Notes: a model not told the origin generated them from the sequence alone. Numbered from the stretch's first letter, positions 22,118 through 35,100 are shown. The stretch is 64,000 nt of DNA from Monocercomonoides exilis PA203 (GCA_001643675.2 LSRY02000030.1:1116001-1180000), one strand, 5' to 3'. Translations and numbers: made by a program.

Positions 22118-24474
22118 TCAATCAAAAGTCAGATCATTTTTTAATTCTGATTCTTCAACGCCAAGAGTTCGGCTCAAGGAAGTTCTGCTTTCTGGAGAGT
22201 TGTTTGTTGCATTGCGAATTGTCCAAATTGCTAATTCTCTTGAAAATGGGTTGATGTCATCGTGGTTGGACAGAGCAAGGAGAAGAGGAAATGGATGAAG
22301 CAAGGCCATTTTCATTGAAGAGCAGGTGAGAAATCTATGAAGAGGATAATATGACTCAGAAGAAGAAGAAGTAAATGATGATGATGATGATGATGATTGC
22401 AAAGATAACGACGAAGAGTTGAAGAGTTTGTTGTATTCGTCGATAAGAGCAGCACTTTCAGCTGTGCTCAGAGCAGAAGAGCAGCACATATTCCCCACAA
22501 TCTTCAGCAAAAGACTTCGATAGCCCAAAAGAAGCAGCGGGGGAACACTCTCTTCCTCCTTCTCTTCTTCTTCTGATGCAACTGATGAAAGGGCTTTTCC
22601 TCTTTTTTCTTTCACGTTCTCTTCTCTGAAGAACGGTGGCTCTTTTTCATCAAACAAACCAAAATCGCACTTTTTGGGATTTTTCTCTTTCTCCTTCATT
22701 TCCTTCTCGTCTTTTTCGCTTTTTCCTGTTTGCTTCTTCACAAATCCAAGCTGCGGCCAGCAGTCCTCCTTTTTTGGAAAGATTTCTGTGTTTTGCAGCG
22801 GCTGAGGCGGTTCTGAGACAACAAGAATGTTCAAATCATCTTCTTTCTCTCTCTCTTTTTCGCTGCCTTTTTGTCTGTCTTTCTCCTCTTTGATCGTCGC
22901 CACCCTCTCCTTTTCCTTCCCAACCCACTCGCTCCACTGCTGCACTGCCAATGGAGCAATTCCAACAGCTTCTGGCTCCATCTTGTCAATCAGCTGCTGC
23001 TTCTTCGCTTTTGCTGCCTCGTCTTCAATCGGCTCTGCAGACGGCGTCAGCTCCTCTTCCCCTTTTTGCAGCTGAGCTTCCAACTTTTCCACTTTTGCCT
23101 GCTTTTCTGGCCTTGTGACTGACCCGTGGGACGGAGGGAAAAGAGTGAAGGAGCGATAGAGAAGCTGCAGAATGTGGACATCCAAATTGCTCAGCGCCAT
23201 TTCGTGAAGAGGATCAAACGTGTTCGCTTCAGATTGACCTGCTTTTGAAGATTTCGCGATATTCTCCTTTTCACTTTGGGGAAATTCTTTTCTGATGTTT
23301 TCCTTTTCCTTCTTTTCTGGCTCAGCTGCACATGAAAGTGAATAAGTTATCGATAAGAGCATTGCCAATAGAGACACTTCATAAATGTCCATTCCTTTCT
23401 TTTCGCCTGCTGATATCATCATCGTCAGGCTTGCAAACAAATGCAATCTGTCTTCGCGCTTTGGAAACATTGAAACAATTGACTCAAGAGATTCTTCACC
23501 ATCTTCTTCTTCTTCTTCTTCTTCTCTTGTATCATCATTTTTTGAAACTTTATTGATTTCTTCTTTTTTCAGATCCAGCTTTTCGGAAGGGCAAGCATTA
23601 TCTTTTGTATCGCTTTCGATGTTTCTGCCATTGTATACGCTCATCGCTTCAATTATTGTCATAATCGGATAAATGGCTTGAATTAGATGTTCATCTGCAT
23701 CTACAGTTTGATTATAATAAGCAGTCAAAGATTGAAAAACTATACCAAGAAGCAATGATTCTTCACAAAGTAATCGAAGAAGAGAAACAGTGAAAGAAAG
23801 GCACTGTTCAGCAGAATTTTTCGAAATGCCTTCGGAAAACTGTAATTTTGATGCAGAATAATCACGCATCTCTCTTTCAAAAGAAAGGCAATTTGAGCAC
23901 AACTTTCCCAAAACAAACAGTCCATTCTGGGTAAATGACATAAAAATCTGCTTATTCTTTGTCTTTATTGAATTAAAAAGAGAAAGGGCAACACATAAGC
24001 TCCGAGTCTGGTTAGTGTCTGATATTATTCTGGCAAATGTTTCAGGAAAGAAAGCAGACCAAGCCATTTCCAAATATCCTCCTCCCTTGCTGAATAAATT
24101 AGTTATTGCTTGTGCAAATGTAGACAAAATGTTTGAGTTTGTTTTATAAAACCTTTGCTCGTCAAATCTACATTTTTGTGAAAAATGATCCACAAAAAAT
24201 GAAATGCGCCTTAAAAATGTTTGGTCTCTAAATTACATAATCAAATAATGACATGAAAATCCGAATGATGATTATTATGAGCAAACAAAAGAGTGATTGG
24301 CATTTCTTCATAAAGAGCATATGCATTTCTCAGTTTAATAGATGCTTTTAAAAGTAAATCATTTTCATCTTCTTTTGTCAAAATATCATCTTCTTTTAAT
24401 AATCGTTTATCAGGCTCAAGTACCAATGACTTACTCACAATTATACAAAATTCTTTTACACTTTTTTCATTCAT
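22118..24474 (-). CDS. Ataxin-10-like ARM-repeat protein; intron 24228-24286
   Basis: The C-terminal LLLKIVGNMC...LSNHDDINPFSRELAIWTIRNATNNSPE matches the ataxin-10/Ctr86 signature D-x-x-NP-x-x-RE-W/L-A-x-x-x-IRN. The upstream ORF joins via a 59-nt GTTTGC...TAG intron; ATG at 24474. Confidence 0.7.
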
Positions 24475-24666
24475 TGAAAATATTCTGGGAATAGTTCCTT
24501 TTTTCTGTTTGCTTTTTTTAAATTCATCATTTATTTTTATTTTCAATAATATTCAAAATTATTATGATTATTCTCTCTTTCAATATTTTTTGTTAAGGGT
24601 ATTTATTCTTAAATGTTTTATTGCTCTTATTTTAGTTCATCAAAAAATTCTTTTCCGATTAAAAAA
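24475..24666. promoter_or_regulatory. Putative compact bidirectional promoter between the ataxin-10-like and amylase genes
   Basis: About 190 bp of AT-rich spacer between divergent ATGs; inferred from geometry only. Confidence 0.4.
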
Positions 24667-26574
24667 ATGTTGAATTCTTCAAAAAAGTCAGTTACCAAAA
24701 TTTTATCAATAATTACTGCTGTTTGTTTGACAGTAATTGCCATTGTTGCGCCCTTGATTGTTTTGCACTCTCCTTTGGTTAGGAGACATGCTTCGTTTCA
24801 GCAATCGTCAAAGGACTTACCTGGTTGTGAAATTCATCCTTTTTTGTCATGCCACGAAATGGAAGGAGAGATGGACGAAAAATGGAAAGATAATTTATGG
24901 AACACACCACCAAGAAACCACTCAAGATGGTCAGGCGGATTCCAAGATATGAGTGTTTTACAAGGTTATCCACAACTGCAATACAACGCTGATCATACTG
25001 AGTGCACAGTCACAATTTACACAAAAACGAAAAATCCAATGCTTCTGTATTATTATTTTGACGGTCAAATTCAATCAAGTCCTTCAAAGAAATACGATAC
25101 ATCATACAAGCGCCCATTGAAAGTTATTGTTACTGCAAGATCTGGAGAAAAATTGGAGTTAGACGAGATTGATTTCTTGTGGAACGTCCAACCTTTAAGA
25201 CCAAGAAAAGGTGATTATCGAAATGGTCAAAAAGGAGCAATTGTCGAATTATTTGGATGGCCAGATGAAGACATTGCGAAAGAATGCCAGTTTATTGCGG
25301 AAGCTGGATATCTTGGAGTTAAATTATTCCCTCACCAAGAGCAAATAATGTCATTGCAACCATTTGAATTTGAAATGAATCCTTGGTTCTTTATGTATCA
25401 ACCTGTATCTTATCGTCTTGAAGGAAGAATGGGATCTCGCGCAAATTTGAGAAACACCATCAACAAATGTCGTTCATTTGGATTGAGAGTTTATGCAGAT
25501 GCTGTTGTTAATCACATGGCAGGAGCAGGAAATGATATGTCCATGCATCGTAATCCAGGAGCAGGTTGCAATTATTGGTATCCAAAGAATTCATCTGCAC
25601 AGAACGGAGATATGTCTCCTTTCTACACTCATTCATACACATATGAAATTAATGATTATAATGGTCGGCCAAACAATGCCTTGGAGTTTCCTGCTGTGCC
25701 GTATGGTCCAATGGACTTTCACTGCGAGAAGGCGTTGAATCGCTGGACCGATCCAAATAATCTGAACACGGGATGGCTCGTGGGTCTTTCAGATCTTAAT
25801 ACCGGAACCGATTATGTCAGACAACGAATTGCCGATTTCTTTGTTGATCTTATTTCAATTGGATTTAGTGGTTTCCGTATTGATGCAGCCAAGCATATTC
25901 ATCCAAAGGATTTGGCAGCAATTTTTGCGAAATTCAAGGCACGCCTCGGAGGAAATATTACAGAAGATTGGATCACTTGGCTGGAAGTTCTGACAGGAGG
26001 AGAATCATGGCTCCTTGTTAGAGACTCTGAGTATTCATACACAACTGGACTGACAAGAGAAATGAAGGCTGTTGGACTTAGCGATGAAGATATTGATAAA
26101 GTGAAGATTTGGTGGAGTGGATATCCTGTTGAACCAAACAACGATGAAGGAACCCTCAGCAGATGGAGAAAAGTTATACAAAATGACGATCATGATCAGC
26201 AAAGCGATGGCTCATCATCGAGATCTTTGAATGACAAAGGATGTGTTCTAGTGAAAGGGAATGGATGCACCCCTGACAAGCATCGCTATTATGAAGTGAA
26301 ACTGTTTGAAGATCCTTATGAAATCAATGATAATGATAATGAATATCCCATTAGAATGGTTCTTTCATCGTATTACTTTGATGGGCGCATAACTTCAGTT
26401 CCAGATGGGAAGTCTGATTGTAGATTATGCAAAGTGACATGCGATGGTTGTAGAACAAGAAGATATGCTCGTGCTTATAATCCAAATGCAAAAGCATATG
26501 AAGGAACTGACTATACTCGTGTACACAGAGATGCTGCAATTATCAATGCAATGAGAAAATGGATGCATATTTAA
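24667..26574 (+). CDS. GH13 alpha-amylase (animal/actinobacterial-like catalytic barrel) with N-terminal signal anchor
   Basis: Conserved GH13 regions: PWFFMYQPVSY, DAVVNH, LVGLSDLN, GFRIDAAKH (nucleophile Asp), WLEV (acid/base Glu), DDHD, VLSSY. Hydrophobic ILSIITAVCLTVIAIVAPLIVL near the N-terminus. The start may be 24613 or 24667. Confidence 0.9.
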   Translation: MLNSSKKSVTKILSIITAVCLTVIAIVAPLIVLHSPLVRRHASFQQSSKDLPGCEIHPFLSCHEMEGEMDEKWKDNLWNTPPRNHSRWSGGFQDMSVLQGYPQLQYNADHTECTVTIYTKTKNPMLLYYYFDGQIQSSPSKKYDTSYKRPLKVIVTARSGEKLELDEIDFLWNVQPLRPRKGDYRNGQKGAIVELFGWPDEDIAKECQFIAEAGYLGVKLFPHQEQIMSLQPFEFEMNPWFFMYQPVSYRLEGRMGSRANLRNTINKCRSFGLRVYADAVVNHMAGAGNDMSMHRNPGAGCNYWYPKNSSAQNGDMSPFYTHSYTYEINDYNGRPNNALEFPAVPYGPMDFHCEKALNRWTDPNNLNTGWLVGLSDLNTGTDYVRQRIADFFVDLISIGFSGFRIDAAKHIHPKDLAAIFAKFKARLGGNITEDWITWLEVLTGGESWLLVRDSEYSYTTGLTREMKAVGLSDEDIDKVKIWWSGYPVEPNNDEGTLSRWRKVIQNDDHDQQSDGSSSRSLNDKGCVLVKGNGCTPDKHRYYEVKLFEDPYEINDNDNEYPIRMVLSSYYFDGRITSVPDGKSDCRLCKVTCDGCRTRRYARAYNPNAKAYEGTDYTRVHRDAAIINAMRKWMHI

Positions 26575-26980
26575 ATATATTTATTATTAAATAGATAATG
26601 AATTTTTTATAATTTTGTTCTGATATCAAATATTTTTTTAATTTTAGTTGTGAAGTTTTAAGTTAGCTAATAATTTTTGCTGTTTGTTTTAGTGTTTTCT
26701 TCATTTTCTGTTGCAATCCCATGTAAGTTTTAACTATTTTTTTTCTTTAAGAAGTAAAGTTCACCCTTATGTAAATAGAATAACCTTTTCTTCTTACGAA
26801 TGATTTTTTCTTTTTATTCAAAATAAAAAGTTTATCGAAAATTCTTAAAAATTAGATTTTTTTTTGAAAAAGAATTGTCTTATTACAAAGATTGTTTATT
26901 CAAGAGAAGATTAATTGACTTTCTCTAAATTAGAATTCCATATTATTCTCTTTCTTCACTTTTTTCTTTTTCTTTCTTTC

Positions 26981-27025
<45 letters not shown>

Positions 27026-28206
27026 AATTATTGGCAACCTGTTTTTTTGTTGTTAATTTGTTGGAGAAAATTTTTGAAAACAAAACTTATTTCGGTGTGT
27101 TGATTCTTTGATTCTTTCATATGGATGATTATTTTAAAAGTTAAATTTTTTATCTACCAAAATATTCGGTTTTAAAATTTGTGATGAATATTCACAAATG
27201 AACTCTGAAAAGTGAGAGATCTATTTTGTGACGCCTCTAATATTTTTTCAAATCAAACTTTGTCTTTTTAAACGATAGATAAACATTCAAATATTGAAAG
27301 AAAATTATTAAGCAAATGATAATGAATTTTCATTATAACAAACACACCAAAAAAAGTTATGTTTTCAAAAATAATCACCCATATCTGTGGAGAGGAAAAA
27401 AATTTTTTTGTAAGAAAAGTGAATCACAATTGTTTTGAAAGACAACTAAAGAGATGATCTCATGACAAAGTTGTTTTCAATTGAAACTGTTTCTTATCAG
27501 TGTCAATTAATCCATATTCATTGTCTATTTTTTTTAAAAAAAATGGGGCAAAATATTTTTCTTCAGGCATTTTCATTGAAAAATTATGCACTTTAAATTG
27601 AATTTTGTGATTCAGAAAAACACAATAAATATCAGTTCATTTTTTGACATTCGAAAAATGTTGGAAAACAATATGTTTTGATTTCTCCGATGCCTGTTTA
27701 CGGATGTGAAAATCAAATTTATTTCAAAATCTGATAAAGTTATATAATGTTTGAGAGATGCAGTTTTTTTATGCTTTGTGCATAAAAAGCTTGAAAGCCC
27801 ATATTTTCCCCCATATTTCGATTGTGAAGATTTGTTTTGAATATTGATCCTTTATGACAATGTTAATCGTTCAAGTTTTTTTTAAAAAAATGAATGATGA
27901 AAATTGATATCAAACATATTCTGAAAGAATTTTATGTTCGATTAATTCCCTTTAGTTTGATAAACGTATACGAAGAAGTGACTTCCCTATTTCTTGTTGA
28001 TTTTATTGTCAGTTAATCTCACTTTTAACCCATGAAAACTGTTGTTTTGATTTTTAATTTAGACAAAATCTTTTTGTTTCAGAGATATATTTATTTGTCT
28101 ATAAACACCCAGAAAAAAGAAATGATTTCAAAAATAAATCAAATATTGAGATTCAAATAGTTATTTTCCCCTGTTTAACTATTCGAATAATTGAATAATA
28201 ATATAA

Positions 28207-28360
28207 TAAACAAAGCAAGCAAACAAGTGAACAAACAAACAAACAAACACGCTAGCAAATAATTAATCAATAAAAAATGAGAGAAAGAGAAAGAAAGAGA
28301 GAGAGAGAGAAGGAAAGAGAAAGAAAGAGAAAGAAAAAGAGAAAGAGAAAGAGAAAGAGA
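28207..28360. repeat. Compound microsatellite: (AAAC)n followed by (GA/AAAGAG)n
   Basis: Read directly from the sequence. Confidence 0.8.
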
Positions 28361-28495
28361 TAAAAGTGTATTTTTGAATGCAGAATTTATAAGAGAATAT
28401 TATTCTTTATTATATCTTTCAAAATGACAAACATTTACGACTCAGATTCAAAAAAAATCAGTTCTCAATTTTCAGTTCATTTTTTCACTCAATTA

Positions 28496-28945
28496 CAGTC
28501 TAATCCGGATATAATCACGTCGAATATAATCACATTCGAATATCGTCACATTTTTCGATGCACCGACATTTTTTGCTTGTTTTTCATTCATTTTTCATCG
28601 CATATAATCACAGGGATGAAAATATATAATCACATTTTTAATTATAATGGGTGACTTTTTCAATGAAAAATCGATTTTTTGATCAAAATTTTCAAAATTT
28701 CGCTTTTTCAAAAATGTGCTCAAAAAAGTCAAAAAAATGTGTATTCATGATATAAATTGATCAAGCTAGTGAAAAAAGTGTATTTGTGTTGAATTTCCAA
28801 AAATAAAAAATTCGACCCAAAATTCATTATTTCAAAAATTGATTTTTATTTTTTTCTGTGTTGAGCATCATCGTATATAATCACAATCGGATATAGTCAC
28901 AAAAAGTTGTGCAAAAACCGATGTGATTATATCCGGTTTAGACTG
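28496..28945. mobile_element. 450-bp MITE of the Tc1/mariner-pogo type, TA target duplication, 27-bp TIRs
   Basis: TA|cagtctaatccggatataatcacgtcg ... cgatgtgattatatccggtttagactg|TA (2 mismatches). CAGT termini; several internal copies of atataatcac. Confidence 0.85.
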
Positions 28946-29358
28946 TATTTGCAAACAAGTTGGATGTCTAATTAACTGAATTCTTTTGACGAATGCGTGT
29001 AAAGTTTTCTTATTTGATACAAAGAAATTAAATTTTTATTGCAAAAAAATTCATTCACATATCAGATTTACTGCATTTTCTTTTCTGAAACTTATTCTAA
29101 TTATGACCATTGAATGATAAAAATAAAAAAAAAAAGATTTAAAAAATAATAAATGAAAGAGCAATTTTTAATTTGAAATTGATACAATTAATTATATAAA
29201 TGAATTATTTTTCTCGAAATTGAATTATTTTTTAGTTTACAAAATTTCAAAAAAACAAAAAATTTAACGTAAAGAAGCAAATAATAAAATGATTAATGAA
29301 AAAATTTGAAAAATTATAACAAAAAATTTTTTTATTTTTTATTTTTTATTTTGATGTT

Positions 29359-31962
29359 CTAATTCTTATTTGAAGAAACAGGTGCGAGCGTTACATTAAA
29401 AGAGCTTCCGCGAAGAGAAGAAAGCGAGAAAGTCATCGGCTGAGTCAAAGGATTTGCCTTCTTTTTACGAAATGTGTTTGAAGATCTGTTGAAAGACGAT
29501 GAACAATCATAATGATGAGAAGAATGTCCAGGAGGATGCACAGAACTTGTTTCAATTTGATGCAATTGAGAAGAATCAGTTGAGGAGCAGGGATTTTGAA
29601 TAGAGGAAAAACAGCTGTTGAAATCAGTCTGTTCAGAGCATGGAACAAAAGACGATGCAAATGGAAATCCAGGAGGAGGGCAAGAAAGTGGAGCATTGTC
29701 AAATTGAAATGGATCAGAATTATAAAAGTTAAACGATGGACATTCTGACTGCAAAGAAGCAGATGATGAAAAGGATGCATCAGGATAGGATTGAAATTGG
29801 GAAGGTTGACTAATTTCAGCTGAGGAGCAGTCAGCAGGAAAAAGAGATATGTCCTCTGATTCCCAAAAATTAGTTGAAAAATCATTTGAATGAAGCAGTT
29901 GCAAAGAAAATGTAGGTTCAAAAAATTGTGAATGGACAGTTTCTTCCTTTGGAGAAGACAAATATGTGTTTTGAGCAGATAGACGATCAGATGATGGCTG
30001 CAATGCAGAATGTGGAATGTCTAATATTTGATGCCCTTCAATGGCAGGCAGAGTTTGGCATTCATCTGATTCGACGAGTGGTTGAGGGAAGCAATTGATG
30101 TTTGTACCGACAAAAGGGAATGACGAAGGAGCGATGAAAGAAGAAAGATCAGATTCAAACATCATCTCATTCGAATCAAAAGATGTAGAAAAAAAATTAG
30201 GAGGAAGAGGAAGAGGAGGAGGAGTTGATAATGATGAAGGGCAAAAGCATTTATCTTTCAGCTCTTGTTTCAAGTTCTTCAGCAACCTTTTCTTTTTCTT
30301 CTCTTCTCTTATTGTCTCATAATAATTGAATTTTTCTTTTTCTGAAAATTCCTTCCTCTTCTCACTTTCCACAAGCTTTCTCTCTTTCTTTTTGATTTTT
30401 TCCTGAAGTCTTTCAATTTCACCAGTTCTGTCTTCCGCTTCTTCTTCTTCTTCTCCTCCTTCTCTTCTTCCTTCTCCCTCCAAACGCCTCAGTATCTCCT
30501 TCATTTCTTCCAACGTCGCCTTCTTTCTTTTGCGGTGTGCCCATTCCTCTTCTTTCTTCTCCGCTTTCTCAACCAATCGTCTGCGCTCCGCTTCCCAAAG
30601 CATCTTTTCCTCTGCGCTGAAGAAAGAGAATTTATCTACCCATTTCCCGTAAAGTCTGAAGAACTTCTTCGCTTCCTTCAGCTGATCCCGCGTCAAACGT
30701 ATTCTCTGCTTCAGAAGAGCAGAATCTGAACTTTGAATGTCTTGAGTGACCTGCGCGTGATAATCAATGTCATTAATTGTATCACATCCTTCGTCAATCT
30801 CTTCATTGTCATTCATGTGCTCCTCTTCCATCATTTGCATTTGAGTGAGCTTTGTCAAAAACTCTTCGTCTTCTCTTCGCCATTTGACAGCCATTGCAAT
30901 CTGCCCTCTCATCGAATAGTCAGATTCTCTTCTTCCGTCTCTCTCGACTTCCACGTCAATCGCCAGTTTCGCACGATCCTTTTCGGTGGGCTCCCAATCG
31001 CATATCATTTGAATGAAGTCTGCTTCTTCTTCATCTTCAGCAACATCCTCTTTCTTTTCTTGTTTCTTCATTATATCATCTTCCGAATCAGCAAAAGAAG
31101 TAAAATACGATGCAGAATTTCCGATGCTTATTGTATTCTTTTCTGAAAAAATTGGGATATTTTCGAATTTGTCTTCAAAATCTCCAAGAGATGAATGTCT
31201 AAGAATGCAGTCATCCTTATTTGACATCTGACTAAACTTTGGCTCTCTTGAATCATTCACATGCAAATTTTTCTTTGACAACTCATTTGAAACTTTCTTT
31301 TTCATCTCCGAAAAGAAATTAAATCCTAAAATTGTATCAGTATCGTTTGAATCTGGTTTATTCATCCTCTCTTTATGATCAACAAATGAACAGACTTTTT
31401 GATTATGCAGCATAGACTCTTCACTTTCTTGTTCTTTGGAGTTAACAACTTCCGTATCTAATTTTATGAGTTGCAACTGATTCGTAGACTCGAATTCTGT
31501 TGCCTTTTTATAATTGGAATGCGAATTAAGCTTTGCTTGACCATGAGAAGAAAATGGCAGATCAGATTTTTCACTCGAAAAAGTCTTACAAATTAATTCA
31601 TTTTCAGATTCTGTACAAACGCCACAATTTTGTGATTTGCTTAAAAGTGATTTGTGCGATAAAGTTGTTGGTAAGATTAATGTATTGCATGAAGAATGAT
31701 TGTCAATATTTCCATCCTTTTTGACTGGCTCAATATGATGAATGTGATCGTTTTGCACTTCCTTTTCAAAATAAAATGGCAAAGACTGCCGAGATGTTAA
31801 TTCTTTGTACAAACCCTGAGATGATTGATAAAACGAGCTTGACAAAAAAGATGAAGAAACATTAACATTTCCAGAACTTGAATATGCACTTCTGCGTAAA
31901 CAACTTGAAATCATTGCGTAATTCTTATTGCTGCACTGCTCAATGATGAATATATTCCTCAA
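29359..31962 (-). CDS. Hypothetical protein with a central charged coiled-coil and Ser/Pro/Phe-rich tails
   Basis: 867-aa ORF in AT-rich surroundings; no recognisable domain; start codon uncertain. Divergent from the gene at 32175, about 210 bp away. Confidence 0.75.
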   Translation of the reverse strand: MRNIFIIEQCSNKNYAMISSCLRRSAYSSSGNVNVSSSFLSSSFYQSSQGLYKELTSRQSLPFYFEKEVQNDHIHHIEPVKKDGNIDNHSSCNTLILPTTLSHKSLLSKSQNCGVCTESENELICKTFSSEKSDLPFSSHGQAKLNSHSNYKKATEFESTNQLQLIKLDTEVVNSKEQESEESMLHNQKVCSFVDHKERMNKPDSNDTDTILGFNFFSEMKKKVSNELSKKNLHVNDSREPKFSQMSNKDDCILRHSSLGDFEDKFENIPIFSEKNTISIGNSASYFTSFADSEDDIMKKQEKKEDVAEDEEEADFIQMICDWEPTEKDRAKLAIDVEVERDGRRESDYSMRGQIAMAVKWRREDEEFLTKLTQMQMMEEEHMNDNEEIDEGCDTINDIDYHAQVTQDIQSSDSALLKQRIRLTRDQLKEAKKFFRLYGKWVDKFSFFSAEEKMLWEAERRRLVEKAEKKEEEWAHRKRKKATLEEMKEILRRLEGEGRREGGEEEEEAEDRTGEIERLQEKIKKKERKLVESEKRKEFSEKEKFNYYETIREEKKKKRLLKNLKQELKDKCFCPSSLSTPPPLPLPPNFFSTSFDSNEMMFESDLSSFIAPSSFPFVGTNINCFPQPLVESDECQTLPAIEGHQILDIPHSALQPSSDRLSAQNTYLSSPKEETVHSQFFEPTFSLQLLHSNDFSTNFWESEDISLFPADCSSAEISQPSQFQSYPDASFSSSASLQSECPSFNFYNSDPFQFDNAPLSCPPPGFPFASSFVPCSEQTDFNSCFSSIQNPCSSTDSSQLHQIETSSVHPPGHSSHHYDCSSSFNRSSNTFRKKKANPLTQPMTFSLSSLRGSSFNVTLAPVSSNKN

Positions 31963-32174
31963 AAATCTATTTATTGATATGCTTTTCAGGATAAAGTGCA
32001 GTTGCGATTTAAGTTTGAAACTTCACCTCAATTTTGCTTGTAACAAATATAATCTTCTATTGAAGTTTCAAAAAATTTCCTTTTTAAAAAGTCAAGAAAC
32101 GATAATTGAGTTAAAATATTAAGAATTGTTTCAAATAATTTTATTATACATTATATGATCATTTAATAAAACTG

Positions 32175-35100
32175 ATGGATCAAGTGGACGAAGAACAGAG
32201 GTCTGTTAGTCGTTCAACAACAAGCTCTGCATCTACCAGAGGAACAGTCTCTGTTGTGAGATTTAGTGGATTTGATCAATGGTTTGGATTTATTTTGTAA
32301 ATGCCTCTCAGATTTTATTTTCTTTTTGTGAAGGATATATTCAAGTTTTTATCCTTTTCACAGGGTATGCTTTTAGCATTTTTTATTATTCGTTAAAAAC
32401 TTTTATTTTATAGGAAAAAAGGGCAGATAATGCCTTTCAAATATTGACAATTATTGTAATTGCACTTCAACTTGTAGGCATTTCTTTTCGAACTAATTTC
32501 TGGCCTATTTTTGGAGATGCAAGAATGTACTGCCATGACTTTTTTGCGTATGCTATTATTTTGTTTGTATCAACAAAATAAACACTTTTTCAATCAAAAA
32601 AATAGTTATCTTGATTTTTCTATATGTTGGAGTAGCGAAACATTTCATCTTGTTATGTTCATTCTCGTTACTGTACCATTTGTTATTACCATAATCGGCT
32701 ATGGAATAATTACTTTGATATCAAAAAAAGAAGGATTGATTGCTCAATGGTTCTGCAGATTAATTTATTTATTCGCCAATCTCGAAACAACAATTTTTTA
32801 CATCCCTACAATCAACGTTTATTTTGGTCAATATTCGTGTTTATTTGGTGATGATGCATTGACATGCAACGATGCATCTCACATTACGCTATTAATTTTT
32901 TCAAGTCTTTTTGGAGTTATTTTTGTCTCATTCGGTATTTTCTTTCGAACGTTTATGTTTGACTATGCATTAAACACAAAGAATTATTTTGCAACAATCA
33001 CTGGGATGGTGTATCTTCTGGCACAGGTGATGATTACCATCATGTCTATCAGCACGTCAGTTATCCACACGATTACTCAGAAGATCCCCGCTGTTAATTC
33101 AGCGATATGTGTTTTCTGCATATTCATATTTGAGGCGTACGTGTATGTGTGGCAGCCCTACTTCAAGCCGATGGGCAATGCGCTCTACATGTCCATCATG
33201 GGCGTGGCAATGGTGGTGTTTCTCTTCTCCTTTGTGGTTGATGCCGTGTTTGGGGAGATCACACTGAATACAACAGTCAGCCAGCTGAACGGCGGCATCG
33301 GAGCGATGGTTGGCGTGTGGGTTGCGCTTGTTGTTCTGATGGTTGCTGTTGGGCTGCTGCTATTCTGGCTGACAATGCGGAAGAGCAAGAACGAGTGGGC
33401 GATGAGAGAAGGAGAAGCCATCCCGATTCTGCACGGAAAGACAGACGACTTTACTGTTCTGTCAGACACCAACATGAAGATGTACGAGAAGAAGACAGCA
33501 GCATTGGCACTTGCAGGCATCGGAGGAGGAGGAGGAGGAGGAGGAGGAGGAGGAGGAGGAGGAGTAAGTGCTGGAGGAGGAGGAATAGCTGGCACGACTG
33601 GAATGGCAGGCGCATTCACAGCACTTTATTCATCTCCTCGTAATGTGCCCAGAAAAGGAGAGAAAAGCGGAGAGAAAGCAAACACCACCTTTGACGTGCC
33701 TTTGTCCTCGACGGCACTCCAATCGCAGTTAAAAAAGCTGCCTCTGACGATTTCAGTTGGCAGTCAGCATTCTTCCTATCCAAATGAACAGGCAAACACT
33801 CACCCACTCGCAGAGGCAGGCGAATGCGATGGCAATTCAGACACGCCTCTTCAGTCGTCCTTCCGCCGCACAAGTTCTGCCTTCCACCTCTCTTCCTTTG
33901 AGCCCCCTGTCACTCCAATGCCGCCCATCGCCCCGCTCCCTCTCGCAACGCCTTCGTCTGTCATTTCTGCCCCTTTCGCGGCCTCAAACACGCTTTCTGC
34001 TCGTTCTGCTTCTCCTCCCATTCAGCCATTCAACACAACTGCAACGGCAGCCTCAGCTCTTCCATCGGCTTCTTCTCCTTCTGCTTCATCATCATCATCA
34101 TCATCATCGTCGTCGTCGTCTTCTTCTTCTTCTTCTGTCATTTCAGCCATTTCGCCTGGTTTCCAACGATCCATCAACTCTTCTGTTTCATCACAGCCAT
34201 CTTCCTCTCTTTCCACATCAATCACTGCACCATTGAATACATCATCATCATCATCTTCTTCTTCCTCTTCCTCTTCCTCTTCTTCCCTCAATCATTCTTC
34301 ATTTCCCCCACAAATCTCTTCGGTACAAACAAAACAGACTCAACTTTCCTCTCCAAAAGTGCCTCTTTCTCCTCAACAGCAACAGCAGCCAAATGAGCAG
34401 AAAATAAAAAATTCCAATTCGCAGTCGAAACTGAGGCAGACATCGAACAAGATGAACATCACAGCCAGCCCACGCAATGCAATAAAGCAGAATGAACATC
34501 CAACACAAACACAAAATGGAATGACAAACATGCCAAATGCATCTGGAGTGTCTGGTGTGTCTAACATAACCACATCTCAACTGTCCCACAGATATCCCCC
34601 TTCTTCCTCGTATGTTCAAGGGATACGCACACAAAACCAACCTGGTCTGACTCCGCGTTCAGGCGAAGTTCTGCCTGCCTCTTCGACCACAACAGCTGCT
34701 GGCGTCTCTGTTAACTCTTCTTTGATGGCCTCCTCTTCTCCTTTGAATGCGCAGAGGACATTCACACCACGTGTGCCCAATCCGCTCACACCTTCAATCA
34801 CTTGCCCTACTCCTTCATACGGCCAGCCTGCTTTTCCTTTTTCTGCTTCTTCTTCCTCATCGTCATCTTCCTCCTCCTCTTCTCCTTCGTCTCTACCTCT
34901 CCCATCTGGTGCTGATTCAATCTCTCATTTCTCTTCCACATTCGACCAGCAATCTTCTTCACACCCAAAAAAGTGCACATCTCCTTCTCTCTTCCCCAAA
35001 TCCCGCTCTCCTCTCCCACCTCGCCAGCTGCCCCGCTACATCACCTCCTCTCAAGTGGAACACTCCCTCCGCTTTTTGTCATGCAGACACCTCGCAAAGA

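Noticed and set aside
27528-27890. T7-8/A7-8 palindromes and a 14-bp inverted pair (27543 and 27801)
   Set aside because: Expected by chance in very AT-rich DNA; no extended arms or TSD.
28496-28640. Repeated atataatcac units as a CRISPR-like array
   Set aside because: Units are about 10 bp, irregularly spaced, and lie inside a TIR element in a eukaryote; no cas genes.
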